In this document: positions 18,375 to 26,498 of the stretch, one piece after another
Position numbering within the stretch: position 1 is the stretch's first letter
Layout: each line of letters opens with the position of its first letter
From: a virus
Taxonomy: Duplodnaviria; Caudoviricetes
DNA: 34,743 nucleotides
Direction: 5' to 3' (one strand)
Virus record (IMG/VR): IMGVR_UViG_3300048851_000209
Coordinates: 1 to 34,743 of that record
Notes under the pieces: model-generated
Told to the model about the DNA's origin: nothing
Databases searched by the model: none
What the model saw: only the letters and a program-made list of their open reading frames with translations
Translations under genes and position numbers: made by a program

Positions 18375-19541
18375 TCAGGGAGCCGGAGCCGACAGGGCGC
18401 CGTAGACGATGCCTTGAGGACGCAGCGTTTCTAGCTGGATCCGCTCTTCCAGGAGGATCGTCACCTTGTTGGCAATGAAGTTGTCGCGATCTTCCGTAGA
18501 ACGGCGGATCTCGATGCCCTTACGCTGCCACAGGATGGTGTTGCCGACGAAGCCGCCGACCAGGAAGTTGCCCTGTGCGAGCCCCTTGGTGCGGACGACC
18601 GGAAGGCCCCATGCCGTGTTGCCGGCGAAGGCTGGATGCAGGTAACGGCCATCAGCGTCCTTGGCCAGATCGAGCGCCGCGGCGTCGAGGTGGTTCATGA
18701 CGATGGCAGTCGCGACCAGATCAGCTTCGGAAACCTGGGCAATGGCGACACGAATGTCATCCATGGCATTGTCAGGCGTCACGCCGGGCACCGTGCCGTT
18801 GTCGTAGGTGGTGGAGTTGGCAATCAGGCCGTCGACGCGGTTTGCCGTGCCGGGACCGTTCAGAACCTCGCCCTCTTCCTTCAGCTGCAGACCATAGAGG
18901 CCGCGCTGGTTGATGTAGCCTTCCATGCCGTCGACGTCGTCGAGGGTTTCCTCGTTGACGCGAAAGTAGTGGGCCATCTTCACCATCGGCGCCGACTTGG
19001 CAGCGAAGGTGAGTTCGGACTGAGGCTTCAGGGCGCCTGGCGCAACGGTGGCCGCGTTCAATGTATAGCCGGTCTCCTGCAGGTACTCGATCACGGCCGC
19101 CGAGGTGGCAAGCGTCGGGATCACGTCACGCAAGAAAAGCGTCTGAGTGGTCGGGGCGATGAGCCCGCGGTTCTGACGACGGACGCCGGCCGGCAAGGTG
19201 ATGTCACCGAAGGATGCCGATGTGATGTCCTTCATCTCGATGCGATCGCCGGAACGGATCTTGTCGCCAAAGTCCTTCTGCTCGGCGACGAGGCGACCGA
19301 ACGACTTGGTTTCGTCGCGGCGGGCGCTCATCTTCTTCTGAAGATCGGTGAAGCTCTCGCCCAGCTCAGCAAGCTCCTTCGCCTTCTCCTCGATCCGGCC
19401 GTTGATATCGCTGATATCCTGGCCGGAGGCCTTCTTCTCGTCGAGAGCCTTGATCTGCGAGGTAAGATCGTCCTGCGCCTTTTTGATCTCGCGCATCATC
19501 GCAGCGGCGCCGTCGAGCGCCTCTTTGATTTCCATGTCCAT
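18375..19541 (-). CDS. Major capsid protein, HK97 fold
   Basis: GGAG RBS before MDMEIK; N-terminal coiled-coil delta domain; LRDVIP, KPQSELTF, LNGPG, KDADGRY, WGLPVV and DNFIANKVTILLEER. Confidence 0.95.
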   Translation of the reverse strand: MDMEIKEALDGAAAMMREIKKAQDDLTSQIKALDEKKASGQDISDINGRIEEKAKELAELGESFTDLQKKMSARRDETKSFGRLVAEQKDFGDKIRSGDRIEMKDITSASFGDITLPAGVRRQNRGLIAPTTQTLFLRDVIPTLATSAAVIEYLQETGYTLNAATVAPGALKPQSELTFAAKSAPMVKMAHYFRVNEETLDDVDGMEGYINQRGLYGLQLKEEGEVLNGPGTANRVDGLIANSTTYDNGTVPGVTPDNAMDDIRVAIAQVSEADLVATAIVMNHLDAAALDLAKDADGRYLHPAFAGNTAWGLPVVRTKGLAQGNFLVGGFVGNTILWQRKGIEIRRSTEDRDNFIANKVTILLEERIQLETLRPQGIVYGALSAPAP

Positions 19542-19564
19542 CTCGTTTCTCCGAATGATGGGGG

Positions 19565-20215
19565 TCAGACAGTGAAGCTGGTCTTGATCAGCTTCGCGAT
19601 CTCCGAAGCGGACGCGTCTCGCTGTCCATCGCCCAGAGCTTGGGGGGCAAGAGCCGCTTGGGCCTTTGCCAGCCATGCCGGAAAGCCCGCGTCACGCAGG
19701 GCGCCTTCCACGGCACGTTTGAGAGGCGAGAAATCACCGGACTTCGTCGCCAAGATCAGATCATCGACGCTTTTGACGGCATCGACGGTTGCGGAATCAA
19801 GCAGAGGCAGCGGCGTGATCGACACCTCGAAGAGCGCAAGCTCCTTCAACAGCCGCGCTGCGCCTTCCTTGCCAGTCTTGATCGCCTTGTAACCTATGGA
19901 CATGCCGTTGATGGCGCCCATCTTCAGAAGGTCGTAGGTCTCGCGGCCCTTGACGGTCGTCAGAGCCAGTTTGCCTTCGACACGGAGCCCGACGCCATCT
20001 TCCTGAACCTTGGTCCAGACGCCGATCGGCTGCTTCAGGTCGTGGCTCCAGAGCATGAGCGGCCGGCGCTCGGTCAGGCTCTTCGTATAGGCCCCCGGAA
20101 GCACGATGTCGCCGCCGTGGTCCTTCTCGTTGAACCGGGAGGCATAGCCGGAAATGGTACCGTCTTCCTTAACCGTCTCGTCTTCAAGACGGGCGAATTT
20201 CGTTTCAAGGTCCAT
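19565..20215 (-). CDS. HK97-family prohead protease
   Basis: ISGYASRF, DIVLPGAY, MLWSHD...PIGVW, GMSIGY and LFEVSI. Confidence 0.95.
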   Translation of the reverse strand: MDLETKFARLEDETVKEDGTISGYASRFNEKDHGGDIVLPGAYTKSLTERRPLMLWSHDLKQPIGVWTKVQEDGVGLRVEGKLALTTVKGRETYDLLKMGAINGMSIGYKAIKTGKEGAARLLKELALFEVSITPLPLLDSATVDAVKSVDDLILATKSGDFSPLKRAVEGALRDAGFPAWLAKAQAALAPQALGDGQRDASASEIAKLIKTSFTV

Positions 20216-21365
20216 TGCTCGCCTCGTTCTTAGGGAGTTCGTCGCCGCCGTCGATCGGGTTTTGACCCATGCGGGAGCGGATATCATTCTGGGTTTCCCA
20301 GGCGGTATTGTTGCCGAGGGCTTTCGATGCGTACTCGCCGATCGTCTTCAGGTCGCCTCGATAGTACTGGGTCTCGTCCAGGTTCACGTACTGGTCGGCG
20401 TCGAGCATCGAAAACGCGATGCCCTGCTCCCAGCGGCGCGCCCACGGCTGCAGCGTCACCGTGACATGGTAATCCATGGCGTCCGCAATGCGGGTGAGCG
20501 ATTGCCCGGCTGCATCATGGGCCAGGAAGATCGGATGAATGCCGTATGCTCGAGCAACTTCCTCGATGATGAAGCGCCGCGTTTCCATCAACTGCATTTC
20601 AGCCTGTGTCGGCTGAATGTTCTTGTAGTTTGCGCCGCTGTCGAAGATCGGTGTGCCCGGGAGCTTGTCCTTCAGCGCAGTCTCGACAGCCGCAGCCGCA
20701 TCTTCGCCAAGCGTCTGGTCAGTCGTGATGTAGCCGCGGACGCCCTTCTGCTTGCCATCATCAACTTGCCTATCTTCCAGCGTCAGAGCCAGGCCGAGAA
20801 CCTTCTTGATCTCGTTGGTGATGTCGAGGCCTTCCATATCGTCCCAGCGGGGATTCGATATCTCTATGAAGTCCTCGCGCGTCAGGCCCTCGACCGATCC
20901 GATGCCCGGAATAGTGCCGGTGTAGGTAACTCGGGCGGTCTCCGGGTCGCGAACAGGCCGAACCTGACCGTCGATGATTGGGATCAGCCGCTTGATGCGT
21001 TTCTTGTAACCGCGATCGATATATGCCCTGCCGACGCCGTCGAAGACCGCATGCAACGTCAGGCATTCCACGAACTCGATCGGCGTCATGTAGTCATTTG
21101 GGCGAACCATAAGACGCTCTGCCAGGTCGCCATCCATGACCGGTGTGCGGACCATGCGGCCCTGCTCGTCATAGATCTTCTTGCCGGTGATGATCGGCAT
21201 GGCCGCCACACCTTCGGCAATGCGGAGGCCGGCAGCAAGAGCGGCGGTTACCTTCAGGTGCTTCTCGCTCGCGACGATCTCGCGTTCGATAATATATTCC
21301 TGATAGAACCGGTTTCCGTTGAGGTCGCGGTCCTTCTTCTGCAGGTTTGAGAACGGCCACATCAT
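20205..21365 (-). CDS. Portal protein (HK97 family)
   Basis: RPNDYMTPIEF, MQLMETRRFIIEEVARAYGIHP, TLQPWARRWEQ and TQNDIR...NPIDGGDEL. Confidence 0.95.
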   Translation of the reverse strand: MMWPFSNLQKKDRDLNGNRFYQEYIIEREIVASEKHLKVTAALAAGLRIAEGVAAMPIITGKKIYDEQGRMVRTPVMDGDLAERLMVRPNDYMTPIEFVECLTLHAVFDGVGRAYIDRGYKKRIKRLIPIIDGQVRPVRDPETARVTYTGTIPGIGSVEGLTREDFIEISNPRWDDMEGLDITNEIKKVLGLALTLEDRQVDDGKQKGVRGYITTDQTLGEDAAAAVETALKDKLPGTPIFDSGANYKNIQPTQAEMQLMETRRFIIEEVARAYGIHPIFLAHDAAGQSLTRIADAMDYHVTVTLQPWARRWEQGIAFSMLDADQYVNLDETQYYRGDLKTIGEYASKALGNNTAWETQNDIRSRMGQNPIDGGDELPKNEASNGP

Positions 21366-23200
21366 GCCACCCGGACCCCGCGCGCCATGTAGCTGCCCTT
21401 TGCCTTCTTGTCGGACTTGGATGCGCCGACCGCCATTGCCATCGACACCATTCCGTCAATGCGACCACGGCTCTTGTTCTTGTCGAACATCTGGTTTCCT
21501 ATCCCGTCGGCGATCAGGACCACGTTTGACGCACAAACGTCGGTCAGCTTATTTTCCTCAATCAGGATTTCGGACTTGAGGATCTTGTCCGTCATCCGGC
21601 TGATCGAATGCGGCATGCAGAGCTGCCGATCCTCGAAGGCGATCTTCGTGCCCTGGGCATGGGTGACAATCTTCAGTCCCGATCCTGCCGGCTCTTTCGG
21701 GCCCATATATCTCCACACCGGGAGGCCGATATCAGCGGCAGCCTTGATGAACTCCGAAATGTAGGCCGGATCCACTGTGAGACTGTCGATCTTGAACTCC
21801 GCTCGCAGCGCCGCGATCTGCTGGGCAACGAAGGTGTAGTCGATCGTTTCCGACTCGCAGATCGTCACGTACTTGTCGGCAGCGAAGGCCGTATAAGGAA
21901 TACCGTCCTGCGCCTCTCGTCTCGCCAGCCCACCGCGCGTCGTCCAGTACCAGGTGCGCAAGGTCAGATTGTCGTCCGGGCTTCGCCAACAGGCGGAAAG
22001 CGCGGTCAAATCGTTCTTTCGCGAAAGATCCAGCGCCAGGAAGCACGGGAAATCCTTCGATTCCTCACTTAAAACAGGACCTAAACACGCCCTCCAGGCC
22101 TGCTCGTCGGGTAGCCAGAACCCTGAAGAGCCGACCGGCTTCCCGAAATAAAGCCTTTCCGTTGCCAGTCTCTCCGAGGCGATGTGCTTTGCGGTCTCGA
22201 CACGGCGACGGACATTGTCGATCGGATAGGTGATCCCGAGCGCCGGGAGCGCCTTTACCCAGCAGGTCTCATCGTTGAAAGGATCGTCGTCCTCGTCGAT
22301 GCGTGCGATGTAGGAGAACGCGCTGTCGTCGGGGATGACGCCCTCCGCAACGCGCTGGTAAAACATTGAGCGGTCGGTCGCGAAGGCCTGATCGGCAGCC
22401 GGAGTGTTCGTACCGAGCATTAGAAGCGGATCCCCGGACATTTTATCGATGGCAGCCTTCCACAGATCGATCGCTTTGCCCGTCTTCATTTCGTGAATTT
22501 CGTCACCGAAGACCGCAATCGGCTTGGGGCCGGATATCGTATCGCCGGTGGCGACTGGCAGAAACTTGGCCTCCATCTCAGGAACTTCGATCTTCCAGGC
22601 GTTGTCACCGACACCGCGAATGATGACCGTGCCCCGGCTCTCCAGCGTCTCCCCATCCTTGCCCGGGATATCCGCTCGGCAAAGCGCCACAGCGTCGGAG
22701 AAGAGAACCTTCGCCTGATCCTTGTCGGTCGCGATGGCATATGCCTCGGCGCGCTTCACGCCACAGAAGCCGATCATGTAGACGCCGATCGCGCCCATCA
22801 GTGGCGATTTGGCTTGCCCCTTCCCCGTCTCGATCCAGGCATGGCGAAAGCGGCGACTACCGTCAGCGTTCCGCCAACCAAAGAGCGAACCGACAACGAA
22901 GGTCATCCAGTCCAGCAGATGAAACGGCTGCCCGACCTTTTCGCCCGCCGTTACGGTGAACATGGCGGGGAAGAACCGCAGCGCCCTGCTCGCCTGGTCA
23001 ACATCAAAGCTGAGCCCGCGTTTGTGGCCTTGTTTCAGATCGTCGAGGTGACGCTTGCACGCGGCACGGACGAACCGGCCTGCAATGATCTTTCCGCTCG
23101 CTACCTTACTGGCGTACTCGGTTGTCGGGTCCGAGGAACTCGTCGGCGGCTGTTTTGCCGGCGCCGGGCTTTTTCTCGCTCGTTTTGCCTGCTGCTTCAC
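21362..23200 (-). CDS. terL: Terminase large subunit
   Basis: RRFRHAWIETGKGQAKS (Walker A), VFGDEIHE (Walker B), LALDLS nuclease motif and RIDGMVS. Confidence 0.95.
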   Translation of the reverse strand: MKQQAKRARKSPAPAKQPPTSSSDPTTEYASKVASGKIIAGRFVRAACKRHLDDLKQGHKRGLSFDVDQASRALRFFPAMFTVTAGEKVGQPFHLLDWMTFVVGSLFGWRNADGSRRFRHAWIETGKGQAKSPLMGAIGVYMIGFCGVKRAEAYAIATDKDQAKVLFSDAVALCRADIPGKDGETLESRGTVIIRGVGDNAWKIEVPEMEAKFLPVATGDTISGPKPIAVFGDEIHEMKTGKAIDLWKAAIDKMSGDPLLMLGTNTPAADQAFATDRSMFYQRVAEGVIPDDSAFSYIARIDEDDDPFNDETCWVKALPALGITYPIDNVRRRVETAKHIASERLATERLYFGKPVGSSGFWLPDEQAWRACLGPVLSEESKDFPCFLALDLSRKNDLTALSACWRSPDDNLTLRTWYWTTRGGLARREAQDGIPYTAFAADKYVTICESETIDYTFVAQQIAALRAEFKIDSLTVDPAYISEFIKAAADIGLPVWRYMGPKEPAGSGLKIVTHAQGTKIAFEDRQLCMPHSISRMTDKILKSEILIEENKLTDVCASNVVLIADGIGNQMFDKNKSRGRIDGMVSMAMAVGASKSDKKAKGSYMARGVRVA

Positions 23201-23510
23201 CGAACATAGCCTTTTCCAGTTTCAGCATCCGCTCGTTCAGCTTCTCGCACGCGCTCCAGCGGTAGTTGAAATATTCGCCGCCCTCCTCGCCCTGGAGGAC
23301 TGGACCCTGATCGAACGCGGTCGGGTAAAGGTTCTCGTACTCGACTTTCGCCCGGACATACCGGTCGGCCCGCGCGAGGTTCGCAGCGGTGACGGCACCG
23401 GCTTCTTTCAGCGCGTCGACCGTTTCTTTCCAGAGGACCTTGGCGAGTTCAGCAGCACCCTCGTCATTGGCGAAGACACGGCCGTAAGCGGGTTGAACTA
23501 CCTTGACCAC
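23106..23510 (-). CDS. terS: Terminase small subunit (P27-family-like)
   Basis: Directly upstream of terL; AKVLWKETV..L...RYVRA...GPV...YFNY pattern. Confidence 0.8.
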   Translation of the reverse strand: MVKVVQPAYGRVFANDEGAAELAKVLWKETVDALKEAGAVTAANLARADRYVRAKVEYENLYPTAFDQGPVLQGEEGGEYFNYRWSACEKLNERMLKLEKAMFGEAAGKTSEKKPGAGKTAADEFLGPDNRVRQ

Positions 23511-23514
23511 CCTA

Positions 23515-23605
23515 CCCCCTTTTCCGAATTGGTTTCAGTGCAAATGCAGGGGGGACGCGGGTTTGGCCGGCAGAGGGGGTCTTTAAGATTTGAGGGGGTG
23601 GCCTG
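23515..23605. other. Probable cos (cohesive end) region
   Basis: Largely non-coding segment rich in G/C runs, upstream of terS and downstream of the HNH gene, which is the usual cos position in HNH-TerS-TerL phages. Confidence 0.45.
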
Positions 23606-23903
23606 ACGCCTGATCGGCCCCCTTTGCCTTCCTCGACCCCTTGCCTTTGGCCTTGCCTGCCTCGGTCGTGGTCACCTTGGCTTCTGCCTTCTGCTCCAGC
23701 TTGACGGTGCCAGACTGTATGCCTCTGCCCCTGGCAATGGATGCACCACGAGTGATGGCGTTCGTCAGCTCGTGGTCGATGACCAACTCTTTGGTCTCGG
23801 TGCCACTGAGGCGAGCTTGGATGGCGTTGGCATAGACGATCGCCTTAGGCTGAGGAGCCATGGTGCGCCAGTAGGCCAGAGCCAGTTCCAGTTCTTCGTT
23901 CAT
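23583..23903 (-). CDS. Hypothetical protein between HNH and terS
   Basis: ATGA overlap with the HNH stop; 106 aa; basic C-terminus. Confidence 0.6.
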   Translation of the reverse strand: MNEELELALAYWRTMAPQPKAIVYANAIQARLSGTETKELVIDHELTNAITRGASIARGRGIQSGTVKLEQKAEAKVTTTEAGKAKGKGSRKAKGADQASGHPLKS

Positions 23904-24247
23904 TCTTGCCTCCGGTTCCATGGGTGGTTCGGGTCTACTGGCCTGCCGTCTTCATCATGGCCGGTGACATATCCGCGGTGGGCGCTCTTCTGCGCTCCAC
24001 CATCGTGGCATTCCTTGCAGACGGACATCAGGTTCTTGGGGTCGAGGAAGAGTGCCATGTCGCCCTTGTGGTCCCGCCTGTGGTGGACAACTGGGCTGTC
24101 TGGTGCAGGCGCCTTGCCTATCAGTAGCCGACTGCAGCCAGGCCACTGGCATATCCAGTTGTCTCGGTGGAGTATCCTCTTGCGGAGAGGACGCCACGCG
24201 GGGAGCGTATATAGCGCTCGGTACTCAGGACGGTGACGCTTAGCCAC
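23900..24247 (-). CDS. Terminase-associated HNH endonuclease (HK97 gp74-like)
   Basis: W..LR..IL.RD..CQWPGC...VVHHRRDHKGD..LF.D..NLMSVCKECHD. Confidence 0.9.
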   Translation of the reverse strand: MAKRHRPEYRALYTLPAWRPLRKRILHRDNWICQWPGCSRLLIGKAPAPDSPVVHHRRDHKGDMALFLDPKNLMSVCKECHDGGAQKSAHRGYVTGHDEDGRPVDPNHPWNRRQE

Positions 24248-24287
24248 TACGCCACCATCATCTCAGCCATCTGGTGCCTTCTGTTTA

Positions 24288-24332
24288 TGTAGCTACACAT
24301 CTCCCAATCATGTTACGGCTATGTAGCTACAT
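24288..24332. promoter_or_regulatory. Two palindromic operators, TGTAGCTACA (24288-24297) and ATGTAGCTACAT (24321-24332)
   Basis: Identical 10-bp perfect palindromes directly upstream of the brnA-like RBS. Confidence 0.7.
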
Positions 24333-24345
24333 TGGAGGGAGACGT

Positions 24346-24570
24346 ATGGCGATCAGGATTGAAACTACAACAGAGGCGAAGCCTGATGATCGGGTCCAGC
24401 AGGTCATGGACCACCGGCGCGAGAAGAACCGAAGCCGCTCACCAGACGGCGCTCCCAAGAAGCTTCTTTCGCTCCGGATGGACGCCGATGTTATCGATCA
24501 TTTCAAGTCCACCGGCGAAGGCTGGCAGGTCCGGATGAACGCCGCTCTTCGCAAAGCAGCTGGGTTATGA
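24346..24570 (+). CDS. brnA: BrnA-family antitoxin / ribbon-helix-helix protein (orphan)
   Basis: GGAGG RBS; C-terminal KKLLSLRMDADVIDHFKSTGEGWQVRMNAALRKA matches the BrnA signature. Confidence 0.85.
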   Translation: MAIRIETTTEAKPDDRVQQVMDHRREKNRSRSPDGAPKKLLSLRMDADVIDHFKSTGEGWQVRMNAALRKAAGL

Positions 24571-24602
24571 TCTGCCTCAAGCCGGCTAGGTTTCGTTATG
24601 CT

Positions 24603-24659
24603 TGCCGTCTTGCCTTTAGCGAGCTCTTGCGCGAACGTCTCATGCCGTGCGACTGGCAT
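24603..24659 (-). pseudogene. Remnant N-terminus of a second terminase small subunit type
   Basis: Reads MPVARHETFAQELAKGKTA, resembling the MPVLKNARHExFAQELAKGKTA start of HTH-type TerS in rhizobial prophages; degenerates afterwards. Confidence 0.55.
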
Positions 24660-24725
24660 GGGCTATCGACTGTTAAATTGCCTTGGTGCAAGGTATGATT
24701 GCTTCAATGGGAGGATCTTAAATTC

Positions 24726-24923
24726 ATGACTGATCAAGAATTACTCGGCGCTTTTAAAGCAAACCCGAACGGTACGTGGACACCACTTCAGCAGGTCCAA
24801 ATCGGCGGCGTCACAATGGGCCCGGGCGTATCGTTTTCCCCTGGGGTCTCATTCTCTGGGGTCGATATCGCATCGATGTTGAACGCGGCAGCCGCCCGCA
24901 ACCCCAACTTGGTCAAGCGCTAG
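24726..24923 (+). CDS. Small hypothetical protein (moron)
   Basis: GGGAGG RBS; 65 aa; internal GPGVSFSPGVSFSG repeat. Confidence 0.65.
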   Translation: MTDQELLGAFKANPNGTWTPLQQVQIGGVTMGPGVSFSPGVSFSGVDIASMLNAAAARNPNLVKR

Positions 24924-25345
24924 TAAACGGTACAAATGAGAGACCGAGTTACCCGGACTTTCGCTCTTCGGGTGTTCTGAGATTAGGTGCGCGTTCGGCC
25001 TCTCTGGGGTTGAACGAGAAACCGCCTACCGGTGAGCGGTGGCGGGTGAATGGGTACGGGCGCACCATAATCGGCCCCGAAGGGTGGCAGCCTACCTGGG
25101 CTTTCGTCTGCCGTTTAACCGACTGGCCAGAGCAGCGTCAATCTGCTTGGTGTGGCCTCCGCTGACGTGCGGCCGCCCGATGCTGATGGTTATGCCCTGC
25201 CATTCTTTATGGTCGAATGGCAACAGGTTGTGGTCGATCGGCTGTGATTTCGGCCTTGAAGTATTTACCATGTCTAACGGAGCGCCCGCCATCTTAACCA
25301 CTGAAAAAGCTTTCCCCTTGATCGTATGCTCCATGGGGATCTTCT

Positions 25346-26068
25346 ATGAGCGACAAAGCCAAAGTAATTGCCGAGCTGGCCGCAATGCGGAGCCGAGGTG
25401 AGCTATCGGTGCAAGAGTTCGAGGGAGCCACCCGGCTCGTTCTCTCAAGTGGCGACTTCGACGGGTATACACCCCAGGGCGTTGATCCAAATATAGACGC
25501 GCAAGTTTATCCGGATGAGTGGCCCGAACGAGCACAGCCCCGCTTCAAGATCCTTACCATCTTCAACTTTTTCTGCCTGTGCTTTTTGGCATTAACGGTC
25601 ATGACGGGCATCAAAGCCACTGAGGAGTGGCGGATGACGCCCGTGCAAATTGCACAGAAGCGTGCAGCTGAGCAGCAGCAGGAACGCGAGCGAGTAGCTG
25701 CGGAAAAAAGGCGTCGGACCCAAAATCTTGAAGCTGAAGCACTGGCAAAAGAACAGAAAGCTAGGGCGGCGGCTATTGAAAAAACGCAGCAGGAAGCGCG
25801 AGAGGCAGAGGATAAACGAACAGGCAGGAACTGCTATTATATCGGCGGATCGAGCCCATGGTTCGAAAAAGCGGTTAAGGGCGCTCTTAACGATCCGAAT
25901 AGTTTCGAGCACGTCGAGACAAGAGTCGGAACGGAGGATGAGCGGGGGATGCATACCATCGTCATGACATTCCGCGCCAGGAACGGATTTGGCGGCATGC
26001 TTACCAAGCAAGCAATAGGGTCATTTCGAAGTGTGGATTGCCAGATCATCGAATGGAATTTTCTTTAG
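25346..26068 (+). CDS. Membrane-anchored moron protein: SHOCT-like N-terminus, TM, coiled coil and C-terminal domain
   Basis: IAELAAMRSRGELSVQEFEGATRLVL (SHOCT-like); TM ILTIFNFFCLCFLALTVMTGI; LNDPNSFEH...FRARNGFGG. Confidence 0.8.
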   Translation: MSDKAKVIAELAAMRSRGELSVQEFEGATRLVLSSGDFDGYTPQGVDPNIDAQVYPDEWPERAQPRFKILTIFNFFCLCFLALTVMTGIKATEEWRMTPVQIAQKRAAEQQQERERVAAEKRRRTQNLEAEALAKEQKARAAAIEKTQQEAREAEDKRTGRNCYYIGGSSPWFEKAVKGALNDPNSFEHVETRVGTEDERGMHTIVMTFRARNGFGGMLTKQAIGSFRSVDCQIIEWNFL

Positions 26069-26305
26069 ACAGGCAAATTCGCACGGTGCCGCTCTCAATG
26101 AACTCGAAATAGTGGCCGAGCCGTAGCCCGGGCAATGGGCCGCCTGCAGATGAACACTTCGCGGAAACGGACGAACCACAAGGGCCGCGCACCCCGCCGA
26201 CGAGAATCCCCGTCAGCAACTCGATTGGTTGGGCATTACGCCCTGCCGCTCGTTATGCCGCTCGTCTGTTTGCCTCTAGACCACAGTCCAGCGGCTTAAG
26301 TCTGA

Positions 26306-26330
26306 GGAACCATGCTGCGGTGCAGCAGTT
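26306..26330 (+). promoter_or_regulatory. EcfG/RpoE2-type promoter (putative)
   Basis: GGAAC-N17-GTT upstream of a strong RBS. Confidence 0.5.
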
Positions 26331-26356
26331 GACCGGCCTAATTCTAGGAGGTCACT

Positions 26357-26440
26357 ATGGCGATCCCAACTTGGGCTATTCTGGTATCCGGCGCGGAGAT
26401 CGCGGTGGGCGTGGCGCTTATTTGCGCTGCGCTGAAATAG
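26357..26440 (+). CDS. 27-aa hydrophobic peptide MAIPTWAILVSGAEIAVGVALICAALK
   Basis: AGGAGG at 26346-26351, ATG at 26357, TAG ending 26440; one TM-length helix; below the ORF-track cutoff. Confidence 0.6.
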   Translation: MAIPTWAILVSGAEIAVGVALICAALK

Positions 26441-26445
26441 GCAAG

Positions 26446-26470
26446 AAAAACCCCGCCATTGCTGACGGGG
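26446..26470 (-). terminator. Rho-independent terminator
   Basis: Minus strand CCCCGUCA-GCAA-UGGCGGGG followed by UUUUU, after the 26499-26840 gene. Confidence 0.85.
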
Positions 26471-26498
26471 CTGACAGTCCTCGGCACAACTCGCTTTA

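Noticed and set aside
18636-21350. Long plus-strand ORFs (18636-19892, 20154-21350) and similar antisense ORFs across the structural region
   Set aside because: Shadow frames of GC-rich capsid, protease and portal genes; no recognisable domains
12252-23200. Gene transfer agent cluster
   Set aside because: The integrase, att site, repressor, replication gene and HNH/cos-type packaging indicate a prophage, despite GTA-like tail gene families
25092-25334. 80-aa minus-strand ORF and overlapping plus-strand ORFs
   Set aside because: No clear RBS or domain; they overlap the structured region and the presumed promoter of 25346-26068
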